Position numbers and translations under genes: made by a program
The notes under the pieces: model-generated
The model's input: the letters and a program-made list of their open reading frames with translations, nothing else
Databases searched by the model: none
What the model was told of the DNA's origin: nothing
DNA from: Eledone cirrhosa
Taxonomy: Eukaryota
Assembly (NCBI GenBank): GCA_964016885.1
Contig: OZ024748.1
Coordinates: 41,974,001 to 42,038,000 of the forward strand
Direction: 5' to 3'
DNA length: 64,000 nucleotides
Shown here: positions 22,001 to 36,491 of the stretch, in pieces
How the letters are laid out: each line of letters begins with the position of its first letter
How positions within the stretch are numbered: the stretch's first letter is position 1

Positions 22001-25000
22001 CCAACATGCTAGCTACTCTGAAGTACAAATGGTGTAACAACCAACATGCTAGCTACCCTGAAGTACAAGTGGTGTAACAACCAACATGCTAGCTACCCTG
22101 AAGTACAAATGGTGTCACAACCAGCATGCTAGCTACCCTGAAGTACAAGTGGTGTAACAACCAACATGCTAGCTACCCTGAAGTACAAGTGGTGTAACAA
22201 CCAACATGCTAGCTACCCTGAAGTACAAATGGTGTAACAACCAACATGCTAGCTACCCTGAAGTACAAATGGTGTAACAACCAACATGCTAGCTACTCTG
22301 AAGTACAAATGGTGTAACAACCAACATGCTAGCTACTCTGAAGTACAAGTGGTGTAACAACCAACATGCTAGCTACCCTGAAGTACAAATGGTGTAACAA
22401 CCAACATGCTAGCTACTCTGAAGTACAAGTGGTGTCACAACCAACATGCTAGCTACCCTGAAGTACAAGTGGTGTAACAACCAACATGCTAGCTACCCTG
22501 ACGTACAAGTGGTGTCACAACCAACACCCTAGCTACTCTGAAGTACAAATGGTGTAACAACCAACATGCTAGCTACTCTGAAGTACAAGTGGTGTAACAA
22601 CCAACATGCTAGCTACCCTGAAGTACAAATGGTGCAACAACCAACATGCTAGCTATTCTGAAGTACAAATGGTGTAACAACCAACATGCTAGCTACCCTG
22701 AAGTACAAGTGGTGTAACAACCAACATGCTAGCTACCCTGAAGTACAAGTGGTGTAACAACCAACATGCTAGCTACCCTGAAGTACAAGTGGTGTAACAA
22801 CCAACATGCTAGCTACCCTGAAGTACAAGTGGTGTTACAACCAACACTCTAGCTACCCTGAAGTACAAGTGGTGTAACAACCAACATGCTAGCTACTCTG
22901 AAGTACAAGTGGTGTAACAACCAACATGCTAGCTACCCTGAAGTACAAATGGTGTAACAACCAACACTCTAGCTACCCTGAAGTACAAATGGTGTAACAA
23001 CCAACACCCTAGCTACTCTGAAGTACAAATGGTGTAACAACCAACATGCTAGCTACCCTGAAGTACAAATGGTGTAACAACCAACACTCTAGCTACTCTG
23101 AAGTACAAATGGTGTAACAACCAACATGCTAGCTACCCTGAAGTACAAGTGGTGTAACAACCAACACTCTAGCTACTCTGAAGTACAAGTGGTGTAACAA
23201 CCAACATGCTAGCTACTCTGAAGTACAAGTGGTGTAACAACCAACATGCTAGCTACCCTGAAGTACAAATGGTGTAACAACCAACACTCTAGCTACTCTG
23301 AAGTACAAATGGTGTAACAACCAACATGCTAGCTACCCTGAAGTACAAATGGTGTAACAACCAACATGCTAGCTACCCTGAAGTACAAATGGTGTAACAA
23401 CCAACATGCTAGCTACTCTGAAGTACAAGTGGTGTAACAACTAACATGCTAGCTACTCTGAAGTACAAATGGTGTAACAACCAACATGCTAGCTACCCTG
23501 AAGTACAAATGGTGTAACAACCAACACTCTAGCTACTCTGAAGTACAAGTGGTGTAACAACCAACACTCTAGCTACCCTGAAGTACAAGTGGTGTAACAA
23601 CCAACATGCTAGCTACTCTGAAGTACAAATGGTGTAACAACCAACATGCTAGCTACCCTGAAGTACAAATGGTGTAACAACCAACACTCTAGCTACTCTG
23701 AAGTACAAGTGGTGTAACAACCAACACTCTAGCTACCCTGAAGTACAAGTGGTGTAACAACCAACACTCTAGCTACTCTGAAGTACAAGTGGTGTCACAA
23801 CCAACATGCTAGCTACTCTGAAGTACAAATGGTGTAACAACCAACACTCTAGCTACTCTGAAGTACAAGTGGTGTAACAACCAACATGCTAGCTACCCTG
23901 AAGTACAAGTGGTGTAACAACCAACATACTAGCTACCCTGAAGTACAAATGGTGTAACAACCAACATGCTAGCTACCCTGAAGTACAAGTGGTGTAACAA
24001 CCAACATACTAGCTACCCTGAAGTACAAATGGTGTAACAACCAACACTCTAGCTACTCTGAAGTACAAGTGGTGTCACAACCAACATGCTAGCTACTCTG
24101 AAGTACAAATGGTGTAACAACCAACACTCTAGCTACTCTGAAGTACAAGTGGTGTGACAACCAACATACTAGCTACCCTGAAGTACAAATGGTGTAACAA
24201 CCAACATGATAGCTACCCTGAAGTACAAATGGTGTAACAACCAACATGCTAGCTACCCTGAAGTACAAATGGTGTCACAACCAACATACTAGCTACCCTG
24301 AAGTACAAATGGTGTCACAACCAACATGCTAGCTACCCTGAAGTACAAATGGTGTCACAACCAACATGCTAGCTACCCTGAAGTACAAGTGGTGTAACAA
24401 CCAACACTCTAGCTACTCTGAAGTACAAGTGGTGTCACAACCAACATACTAGCTACGCTGAAGTACAAATGGTGTCACAACCAACATGCTAGCTACCCTG
24501 AAGTACAAATGGTGTAACAACCAACATGCTAGCTACCCTGAAGTACAAATGGTGTCACAACCAACATGCTAGCTACTCTGAAGTACAAATGGTGTCACAA
24601 CCAACATGCTAGCTACCCTGAAGTACAAATGGTGTCACAACCAACATGCTAGCTACTCTGAAGTACAAATGGTGTAACAACCAACATGCTAGCTACTCTG
24701 AAGTACAAATGGTGTAACAACCAACACTCTAGCTACTCTGAAGTACAAATGGTGTAACAACCAACATGCTAGCTACTCTGAAGTATAAGTGGTGTCACAA
24801 CCAACATGCTAGCTACTCTGAAGTACAAGTGGTGTAACAACCAACATGCTAGCTACCCTGAAGTACAAGTGGTGTAACAACCAACATGCTAGCTACCCTG
24901 AAGTACAAATTGTGTCACAACCAACATGCTAGCTACCCTGAAGTACAAGTGGTGTAACAACCAACATGCTAGCTACTCTGAAGTACAAGTGGTGTAACAA

Positions 25001-28000
25001 CCAACACTCTAGCTACCCTGAAGTACAAATGGTGTAACAACCAACATGCTAGCTACTCTGAAGTACAAGTGGTGTAACAACCAACACTCTAGCTACTCTG
25101 AAGTACAAGTGGTGTAACAACCAACATGCTAGCTACTCTGAAGTACAAATGGTGTAACAACCAACATGCTAGCTACCCTGAAGTACAAGTGGTGTCACAA
25201 CCAACATGCTAGCTACTCTGAAGTACAAGTGGTGTCACAACCAACATGCTAGCTACTCTGAAGTACAAATGGTGTCACAACCAACATGCTAGCTACTCTG
25301 AAGTACAAATGGTGTCACAACCAACATGCTAGCTACTCTGAAGTACAAGTGGTGTCACAACCAACATGCTAGCTACTCTGAAGTACAAATGGTGTCACAA
25401 CCAACATGCTAGCTACCCTGAAGTACAAGTGGTGTCACAACCAACATACTAGCTACTCTGAAGTACAAGTGGTGTCACAACCAACACTCTAGCTACTCTG
25501 AAGTACAAGTGGTGTCACAACCAACATGCTAGCTACCCTGAAGTACAAATGGTGTCACAACCAACATGCTAGCTACCCTGAAGTACAAATGGTGTAACAA
25601 CCAACATGCTAGCTACCCTGAAGTACAAGTGGTGTAACAACCAACATGCTAGCTACCCTGAAGTACAAGTGGTGTAACAACCAACATGCTAGCTACCCTG
25701 AAGTACAAGTGGTATTACAACCAACATGCTAGCTACCCTGAAGTACAAGTGGTGTTACAACCAACATACTCGCTACTCTGAAGTACAAATGGTGTAACAA
25801 CCAACATGCTAGCTACCCTGAAGTACAAGTGGTGTAACAACCAACATGCTAGCTACCCTGAAGTACAAGTGGTGTAACAACCAACATGCTAGCTACCCTG
25901 AAGTACAAGTGGTGTTACAACCAACATGCTAGCTAACATGAAGTACAAGTGGTGTTACAACCAACATACTCGCTACTCTGAAGTACAAATGGTGTAACAA
26001 CCAACATGCTAGCTACTCTGAAGTACAAATGGTGTAACAACCAACATGCTAGCTTCCCTGAAGTACAAGTGGTGTAACAACCAACATGCTAGCTACCCTG
26101 AAGTACAAGTGGTGTAACAACCAACATGCTAGCTACCCTGAAGTACAAATGGTGTCACAACCAACATGCTAGCTACTCTGAAGTACAAATGGTGTTACAA
26201 CCAACATGCTAGCTACCCTGAAGTACAAGTGGTGTAACAACCAACATGCTAGCTACCCTGAAGTACAAGTGGTGTTACAACCAACATACTCGCTACTCTG
26301 AAGTACAAATGGTGTAACAACGAACATGCTAGCTACCCTGAAGTACAAGTGGTGTAACAACCAACATGCTAGCTACTCTGAAGTACAAATGGTGTAACAA
26401 CCAACATGCTAGCTACACTGAAGTACAAGTGGTGTCACAAACAACATGCTAGCTACCCTGAAGTACAAGTGGTGTAACAACCAACATGCTAGCTACTCTG
26501 AAGTACAAGTGGTGTTACAACCAACATGCTAGCTACCCTGAAGTACAAATGGTGTCACAACCAACATGCTAGCTACCCTGAAGTACAAATGGTGTTACAA
26601 CCAACATGCTAGCTACTCTGAAGTACAAATGGTGTAACAACCAACATGCTAGCTACTCTGAAGTACAAATGGTGTAACAACCAACACTCTAGCTACTCTG
26701 AAGTACAAGTGGTGTAACAACCAACATGCTAGCTACCCTGAAGTACAAATGGTGTAACAACCAACACTCTAGCTACCCTGAAGTACAAGTGGTGTAACAA
26801 CCAACATGCTAGCTACCCTGAAGTACAAATGGTGTAACAACCAACACTCTAGCTACCCTGAAGTACAAATGGTGTAACAACCAACATGCTAGCTACCCTG
26901 AAGTACAAGTGGTGTAACAACCAACATGCTAGCTACCCTGAAGTACAAATGGTGTCACAACCAACATGCTAGCTACCCTGAAGTACAAATGGTGTCACAA
27001 CCAACACCCTAGCTACTCTGAAGTACAAGTGGTGTAACCACCAACACTCTAGCTACTCTGAAGTACAAGTGGTGTAACAACCAACATGCTAGCTACCCTG
27101 AAGTACAAATGGTGTAACAACCAACATGCTAGCTACTCTGTAGTACAAGTGGTGTAACAACCAACATGCTAGCTACCCTGAAGTACAAATGGTGTAACAA
27201 CCAACATGCTAGCTACCCTGAAGTACAAGTGGTGTCACAACCAACATACTAGCTACTCTGAAGTACAAGTGGTGTCACAACCAACACTCTAGCTACTCTG
27301 AAGTACAAGTGGTGTCACAACCAACATGCTAGCTACCCTGAAGTACAAATGGTGTTACAACCAACATGCTAGCTACCCTGAAGTACAAGTGGTGTAACAA
27401 CCAACATGCTAGCTACCCTGAAGTACAAGTGGTGTTACAACCAACATACTCGCTACTCTGAAGTACAAATGGTGTAACAACGAACATGCTAGCTACCCTG
27501 AAGTACAAGTGGTGTAACAACCAACATGCTAGCTACTCTGAAGTACAAATGGTGTAACAACCAACATGCTAGCTACCCTGAAGTACAAGTGGTGTCACAA
27601 CCAACATGCTAGCTACTCTGAAGTACAAGTGGTGTTACAACCAACATGCTAGCTACCCTGAAGTACAAGTGGTGTAACAACCAACATGCTAGCTACTCTG
27701 AAGTACAAGTGGTGTTACAACCAACATGCTAGCTACCCTGAAGTACAAATGGTGTCACTACCAACATGCTAGCTACCCTGAAGTACAAATGGTGTTACAA
27801 CCAACATGCTAGCTACACTGAAGTACAAATGGTGTAACAGCCAACATGCTAGCTACTCTGAAGTACAAATGGTGTAACAACCAACACTCTAGCTACTCTG
27901 AAGTACAAGTGGTGTAACAACCAACATGCTAGCTACCCTGAAGTACAAATGGTGTAACAACCAACACTCTAGCTACCCTGAAGTACAAGTGGTGTAACAA

Positions 28001-31000
28001 CCAACAGGCTAGCTACCCTGAAGTACAAATGGTGTAACAACCAACACTCTAGCTACCCTGAAGTACAAATGGTGTAACAACCAACATGCTAGCTACCCTG
28101 AAGTACAAGTGGTGTAACAACCAACATGCTAGCTACCCTGAAGTACAAATGGTGTCACAACCAACATGCTAGCTACCCTGAAGTACAAATGGTGTCACAA
28201 CCAACACCCTAGCTACTCTGAAGTACAAGTGGTGTAACCACCAACACTCTAGCTACTCTGAAGTACAAGTGGTGTAACAACCAACATGCTAGCTACCCTG
28301 AAGTACAAATGGTGTAACAACCAACACTCTAGCTACCCTGAAGTACAAATGGTGTAACAACCAACATGCTAGCTACCCTGAAGTACAAATGGTGTAACAA
28401 CCAACACTCTAGCTACCCTGAAGTACAAGTGGTGTAACAACCAACATGCTAGCTACCCTGAAGTACAAATGGTGTAACAACCAACACTCTAGCTACCCTG
28501 AAGTACAAGTGGTGTAACAACCAACATGCTAGCTACCCTGAAGTACAAATGGTGTAACAACCAACACTCTAGCTACCCTGAAGTACAAATGGTGTAACAA
28601 CCAACATGCTAGCTACCCTGAAGTACAAGTGGTGTAACAACCAACATGCTAGCTACCCTGAAGTACAAATGGTGTCACAACCAACATGCTAGCTACCCTG
28701 AAGTACAAATGGTGTCACAACCAACACCCTAGCTACTCTGAAGTACAAGTGGTGTAACCACCAACACTCTAGCTACCCTGAAGTACAAGTGGTGTAACAA
28801 CCAACATGCTAGCTACCCTGAAGTACAAATGGTGTCACAACCAACATGCTAGCTACCCTGAAGTACAAATGGTGTCACAACCAACACCCTAGCTACTCTG
28901 AAGTACAAGTGGTGTAACCACCAACACTCTAGCTACCCTGAAGTACAAGTGGTGTAACAACCAACATGCTAGCTACCCTGAAGTACAAATGGTGTCACAA
29001 CCAACATGCTAGCTACCCTGAAGTACAAATGGTGTCACAACCAACACCCTAGCTACTCTGAAGTACAAGTGGTGTAACAACCAACATGCTAGCTACCCTG
29101 AAGTACAAGTGGTGTAACAACCAACATGCTAGCTACCCTGAAGTACAAATGGTGTCACAACCAACATGCTAGCTACCCTGAAGTACAAATGGTATCACAA
29201 CCAACACCCTAGCTACTCTGAAGTACAAGTGGTGTAACAACCAACACTCTAGCTACTCTGAAGTACAAGTGGTGTCACAACCAACATGCTAGCTACCCTG
29301 AAGTACAAGTGGTGTAACAACTAACATGCTAGCTACTCTGAAGTACAAGTGGTGTAACAACCAACATGCTAGCTACCCTGAAGTACAAGTGGTGTAACAA
29401 CCAACATACTAGCTACCCTGAAGTACAAATGGTGTAACAACCAACATGCTAGCTACCCTGAAGTACAAGTGGTGTAACAACCAACATACTAGCTACCCTG
29501 AAGTACAAATGGTGTAACAACCAACACTCTAGCTACTCTGAAGTACAAGTGGTGTCACAACCAACATGCTAGCTACTCTGAAGTACAAATGGTGTAACAA
29601 CCAACACTCTAGCTACTCTGAAGTACAAGTGGTGTGACAACCAACATACTAGCTACCCTGAAGTACAAATGGTGTAACAACCAACATGATAGCTACCCTG
29701 AAGTACAAATGGTGTAACAACCAACATGCTAGCTACCCTGAAGTACAAATGGTGTCACAACCAACATACTAGCTACCCTGAAGTACAAATGGTGTCACAA
29801 CCAACATGCTAGCTACCCTGAAGTACAAATGGTGTCACAACCAACATGCTAGCTACCCTGAAGTACAAGTGGTGTAACAACCAACACTCTAGCTACTCTG
29901 AAGTACAAGTGGTGTCACAACCAACATACTAGCTACGCTGAAGTACAAATGGTGTCACAACCAACATGCTAGCTACCCTGAAGTACAAATGGTGTCACAA
30001 CCAACATGCTAGCTACTCTGAAGTACAAATGGTGTCACAACCAACATGCTAGCTACCCTGAAGTACAAATGGTGTCACAACCAACATGCTAGCTACTCTG
30101 AAGTACAAATGGTGTAACAACCAACATGCTAGCTACTCTGAAGTACAAATGGTGTAACAACCAACACTCTAGCTACTCTGAAGTACAAATGGTGTAACAA
30201 CCAACATGCTAGCTACTCTGAAGTATAAGTGGTGTCACAACCAACATGCTAGCTACCCTGAAGTACAAGTGGTGTCACAACCAACATGCTAGCTACTCTG
30301 AAGTACAAATGGTGTAACAACCAACATGCTAGCTACTCTGAAGTACAAGTGGTGTAACAACCAACATGCTAGCTACCCTGAAGTACAAGTGGTGTAACAA
30401 CCAACATGCTAGCTACCCTGAAGTACAAATTGTGTCACAACCAACATGCTAGCTACCCTGAAGTACAAATGGTGTAACAACCAACATGCTAGCTACCCTG
30501 AAGTACAAGTGGTGTCACAACCAACATGCTAGCTACTCTGAAGTACAAGTGGTGTAACAACCAACATGCTAGCTACCCTGAAGTACAAATGGTGTAACAA
30601 CCAACATGCTAGCTACCCTGAAGTACAAGTGGTGTAACAACCAACATGCTAGCTACCCTGAAGTACAAGTGGTGTCACAACCAACATGCTAGCTACCCTG
30701 AAGTACAAGTGGTGTAACAACCAACATGCTAGCTACCCTGAAGTACAAATGGTGTAACAACCAACATGCTAGCTACTCTGTAGTACAAGTGGTGTAACAA
30801 CCAACATGCTAGCTACCCTGAAGTACAAATGGTGTAACAACCAACATGCTAGCTACTCTGAAGTACAAGTGGTGTAACAACCAACACTCTAGCTACTCTG
30901 AAGTACAAGTGGTGTAACAACCAACATGCTAGCTACTCTGAAGTACAAATGGTGTAACAACCAACATGCTAGCTACCCTGAAGTACAAGTGGTGTCACAA

Positions 31001-34000
31001 CCAACATGCTAGCTACTCTGAAGTACAAGTGGTGTCACAACCAACATGCTAGCTACTCTGAAGTACAAATGGTGTCACAACCAACATGCTAGCTACTCTG
31101 AAGTACAAATGGTGTCACAACCAACATGCTAGCTACTCTGAAGTACAAGTGGTGTCACAACCAACATGCTAGCTACTCTGAAGTACAAATGGTGTCACAA
31201 CCAACATGCTAGCTACCCTGAAGTACAAGTGGTGTCACAACCAACATACTAGCTACTCTGAAGTACAAGTGGTGTCACAACCAACACTCTAGCTACTCTG
31301 AAGTACAAGTGGTGTCACAACCAACATGCTAGCTACCCTGAAGTACAAATGGTGTCACAACCAACATGCTAGCTACCCTGAAGTACAAATGGTGTAACAA
31401 CCAACATGCTAGCTACCCTGAAGTACAAGTGGTGTAACAACCAACATGCTAGCTACCCTGAAGTACAAGTGGTGTAACAACCAACATGCTAGCTACCCTG
31501 AAGTACAAGTGGTATTACAACCAACATGCTAGCTACCCTGAAGTACAAGTGGTGTTACAACCAACATACTCGCTACTCTGAAGTACAAATGGTGTAACAA
31601 CCAACATGCTAGCTACTCTGAAGTACAAATGGTGTAACAACCAACATGCTAGCTACCCTGAAGTACAAGTGGTGTAACAACCAACATGCTAGCTACCCTG
31701 AAGTACAAGTGGTGTAACAACCAACATGCTAGCTACCCTGAAGTACAAGTGGTGTTACAACCAACATGCTAGCTACCATGAAGTACAAGTGGTGTTACAA
31801 CCAACATACTCGCTACTCTGAAGTACAAATGGTGTAACAACCAACATGCTAGCTACTCTGAAGTACAAATGGTGTAACAACCAACATGCTAGCTTCCCTG
31901 AAGTACAAGTGGTGTAACAACCAACATGCTAGCTACCCTGAAGTACAAGTGGTGTAACAACCAACATGCTAGCTACCCTGAAGTACAAATGGTGTCACAA
32001 CCAACATGCTAGCTACTCTGAAGTACAAATGGTGTTACAACCAACATGCTAGCTACCCTGAAGTACAAGTGGTGTAACAACCAACATGCTAGCTACCCTG
32101 AAGTACAAGTGGTGTTACAACCAACATACTCGCTACTCTGAAGTACAAATGGTGTAACAACGAACATGCTAGCTACCCTGAAGTACAAGTGGTGTAACAA
32201 CCAACATGCTAGCTACTCTGAAGTACAAATGGTGTAACAACCAACATGCTAGCTACACTGAAGTACAAGTGGTGTCACAAACAACATGCTAGCTACCCTG
32301 AAGTACAAGTGGTGTAACAACCAACATGCTAGCTACTCTGAAGTACAAGTGGTGTTACAACCAACATGCTAGCTACCCTGAAGTACAAATGGTGTCACAA
32401 CCAACATGCTAGCTACCCTGAAGTACAAATGGTGTTACAACCAACATGCTAGCTACTCTGAAGTACAAATGGTGTAACAACCAACATGCTAGCTACTCTG
32501 AAGTACAAATGGTGTAACAACCAACACTCTAGCTACTCTGAAGTACAAGTGGTGTAACAACCAACATGCTAGCTACCCTGAAGTACAAATGGTGTAACAA
32601 CCAACACTCTAGCTACCCTGAAGTACAAGTGGTGTAACAACCAACATGCTAGCTACCCTGAAGTACAAATGGTGTAACAACCAACACTCTAGCTACCCTG
32701 AAGTACAAATGGTGTAACAACCAACATGCTAGCTACCCTGAAGTACAAGTGGTGTAACAACCAACATGCTAGCTACCCTGAAGTACAAATGGTGTCACAA
32801 CCAACATGCTAGCTACCCTGAAGTACAAATGGTGTCACAACCAACACCCTAGCTACTCTGAAGTACAAGTGGTGTAACCACCAACACTCTAGCTACTCTG
32901 AAGTACAAGTGGTGTAACAACCAACATGCTAGCTACCCTGAAGTACAAATGGTGTAACAACCAACATGCTAGCTACTCTGTAGTACAAGTGGTGTAACAA
33001 CCAACATGCTAGCTACCCTGAAGTACAAATGGTGTAACAACCAACATGCTAGCTACTCTGAAGTACAAGTGGTGTAACAACCAACACTCTAGCTACTCTG
33101 AAGTACAAGTGGTGTAACAACCAACATGCTAGCTACTCTGAAGTACAAATGGTGTAACAACCAACATGCTAGCTACCCTGAAGTACAAGTGGTGTCACAA
33201 CCAACATACTAGCTACTCTGAAGTACAAGTGGTGTCACAACCAACACTCTAGCTACTCTGAAGTACAAGTGGTGTCACAACCAACATGCTAGCTACCCTG
33301 AAGTACAAATGGTGTTACAACCAACATGCTAGCTACCCTGAAGTACAAGTGGTGTAACAACCAACATGCTAGCTACCCTGAAGTACAAGTGGTGTTACAA
33401 CCAACATACTCGCTACTCTGAAGTACAAATGGTGTAACAACGAACATGCTAGCTACCCTGAAGTACAAGTGGTGTAACAACCAACATGCTAGCTACTCTG
33501 AAGTACAAATGGTGTAACAACCAACATGCTAGCTACCCTGAAGTACAAGTGGTGTCACAACCAACATGCTAGCTACTCTGAAGTACAAGTGGTGTTACAA
33601 CCAACATGCTAGCTACCCTGAAGTACAAGTGGTGTAACAACCAACATGCTAGCTACTCTGAAGTACAAGTGGTGTTACAACCAACATGCTAGCTACCCTG
33701 AAGTACAAATGGTGTCACTACCAACATGCTAGCTACCCTGAAGTACAAATGGTGTTACAACCAACATGCTAGCTACACTGAAGTACAAATGGTGTAACAA
33801 CCAACATGCTAGCTACTCTGAAGTACAAATGGTGTAACAACCAACACTCTAGCTACTCTGAAGTACAAGTGGTGTAACAACCAACATGCTAGCTACCCTG
33901 AAGTACAAATGGTGTAACAACCAACACTCTAGCTACCCTGAAGTACAAGTGGTGTAACAACCAACAGGCTAGCTACCCTGAAGTACAAATGGTGTAACAA

Positions 34001-35270
34001 CCAACACTCTAGCTACCCTGAAGTACAAATGGTGTAACAACCAACATGCTAGCTACCCTGAAGTACAAGTGGTGTAACAACCAACATGCTAGCTACCCTG
34101 AAGTACAAATGGTGTCACAACCAACATGCTAGCTACCCTGAAGTACAAATGGTGTCACAACCAACACCCTAGCTACTCTGAAGTACAAGTGGTGTAACCA
34201 CCAACACTCTAGCTACTCTGAAGTACAAGTGGTGTAACAACCAACATGCTAGCTACCCTGAAGTACAAATGGTGTAACAACCAACACTCTAGCTACCCTG
34301 AAGTACAAATGGTGTAACAACCAACATGCTAGCTACCCTGAAGTACAAATGGTGTAACAACCAACACTCTAGCTACCCTGAAGTACAAGTGGTGTAACAA
34401 CCAACATGCTAGCTACCCTGAAGTACAAATGGTGTAACAACCAACACTCTAGCTACCCTGAAGTACAAGTGGTGTAACAACCAACATGCTAGCTACCCTG
34501 AAGTACAAATGGTGTAACAACCAACACTCTAGCTACCCTGAAGTACAAATGGTGTAACAACCAACATGCTAGCTACCCTGAAGTACAAGTGGTGTAACAA
34601 CCAACATGCTAGCTACCCTGAAGTACAAATGGTGTCACAACCAACATGCTAGCTACCCTGAAGTACAAATGGTGTCACAACCAACACCCTAGCTACTCTG
34701 AAGTACAAGTGGTGTAACCACCAACACTCTAGCTACCCTGAAGTACAAGTGGTGTAACAACCAACATGCTAGCTACCCTGAAGTACAAATGGTGTCACAA
34801 CCAACATGCTAGCTACCCTGAAGTACAAATGGTGTCACAACCAACACCCTAGCTACTCTGAAGTACAAGTGGTGTAACAACCAACATGCTAGCTACCCTG
34901 AAGTACAAGTGGTGTAACAACCAACATGCTAGCTACCCTGAAGTACAAATGGTGTCACAACCAACATGCTAGCTACCCTGAAGTACAAATGGTATCACAA
35001 CCAACACCCTAGCTACTCTGAAGTACAAGTGGTGTAACAACCAACACTCTAGCTACTCTGAAGTACAAGTGGTGTCACAACCAACATGCTAGCTACCCTG
35101 AAGTACAAGTGGTGTAACAACTAACATGCTAGCTACTCTGAAGTACAAGTGGTGTAACAACCAACATGCTAGCTACCCTGAAGTACAAGTGGTGTAACAA
35201 CCAACACTCTAACTACTCTGAAGTAGAAGTGGTGTAACAACCAACACTCTAGCTACTCTGAAGTACAAGT
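19031..35270. repeat. Satellite, 406 x 40 bp, with no visible indel
   Basis: Consensus GGTGTAACAACCAACATGCTAGCTACCCTGAAGTACAAGT; 16240 bp = 406 x 40, phase kept throughout. Confidence 0.98.
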
Positions 35271-35286
35271 GCAAATTTAAATAGAG

Positions 35287-35872
35287 ATTAGCATGGGGGG
35301 GGTGTTCCGAGGCCATAGTATCTAGAATAAGGATGAGTTGGAAGAAGTTTAGGGAGCTGCTTCCTCTGCTGATGAAGGGTTTCTCCCTGCGTACGAAAGG
35401 CCGGTTATATGATGCCTGTGTGAGGAGCGCGATGCTGCATGGTAGTGAGACTTGAGCAATAACTGCAGAGGATATGTGACGGCTGGAGAGAAATGAGGCA
35501 AGCATGCTCCGTTGGATGTGCAATGTCAATGTGCGTGAACGACCCAGCATGTATGTGTTGAGAGAGAAACTGTGTCTAAGAGGGATAGAATGTATTGTGC
35601 GAGAGAGGAGACTGCGGTGGTCTGGACATGTGATGCGCATGGATGATGACCGATGGGTGAAGAAGTGCCAGGAAATGCCAGTTGAAGGAAGACGTGGTAG
35701 AGGTAGACCACGAAAAACATGGGCGGAGGTGGTGAGAACAGACCTCAGATCACTGAAGCTCACGGTGGAGATGACAAAGGACCGTGACAAGTGGAGAGAT
35801 GCTGTGCTGAATAAGACCCGTCCCACCCTTGCAAGCAGGGAAAAGCGGACATAAAATGATGATGATGATGAT
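35287..35872 (+). mobile_element. 5'-truncated RTE copy, related subfamily with short 3' UTR
   Basis: CSEAIVSRIRMSWKKFRELLPLL..MLHGSET*..RLRWSGHVMRM..GRGRPRKTW; internal stops; (GAT)n tail. Confidence 0.9.
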
Positions 35873-36091
35873 GGACAGTAAAAGACTAATTAAAAATAAT
35901 TATGTGGTGATTACGAGAGGATCTATTGGTGCAATAACTAATAAAGTTTTAATTATTTCAATAAATACAGGAGACAACTCCAAACATGTTTTAGCTTTAT
36001 TAAACCTCCTTAGTGAAGCATAGAAGTCATTATACTTGCCAGAGTAGAGAAGATAGAGTCAATAAGTAAATGTACAATAGTAATAGTATAA

Positions 36092-36250
36092 ATGTGGTTG
36101 GAGTTAGGAAGGGCATCCAGCCGTAAAAACCAGCCAGAAACAGTTGTATATGAGAGAGACACGGTCTCCCGACCCAACTTGCTTCAAATGGGACAAACCT
36201 GTCTAACATATGCTAGCGTGGAAGATAGACGTTAAACGATAATGATGATG
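36092..36250 (+). mobile_element. RTE 3'-tail fragment
   Basis: GTTAGGAAGGGCATCCAGCCGTAAAA...ATGCTAGCGTGGAAG..ACGTTAAACGATAATGATGATG. Confidence 0.78.
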
Positions 36251-36491
36251 GGAAGGTGTAAGATAAATTAGCATACTTAAGAAATAAAGCACTAAGATTA
36301 ATTAATCAGATATGCCATTTGTATAAAAAAAAAAAACTCACAGGCATACAATAAGTCTTTCATCTCCGACATCATGGACAAGTAAGATAAATGGAGGAAT
36401 TTGACAAATATCACAGCAATGCCTTAGCCAAGAACTCAATCACTGGTTTGTGTGTAGAGAGGTGTAAATTACAGTTGTTAGGGTGGTAGAA

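Noticed and set aside
19031-35270. Recursive splice sites in the 40-mer (sense TACTTCAG|GGTAG)
   Set aside because: AG is not followed directly by GT, the pyrimidine tract is short, and the donor match is poor.
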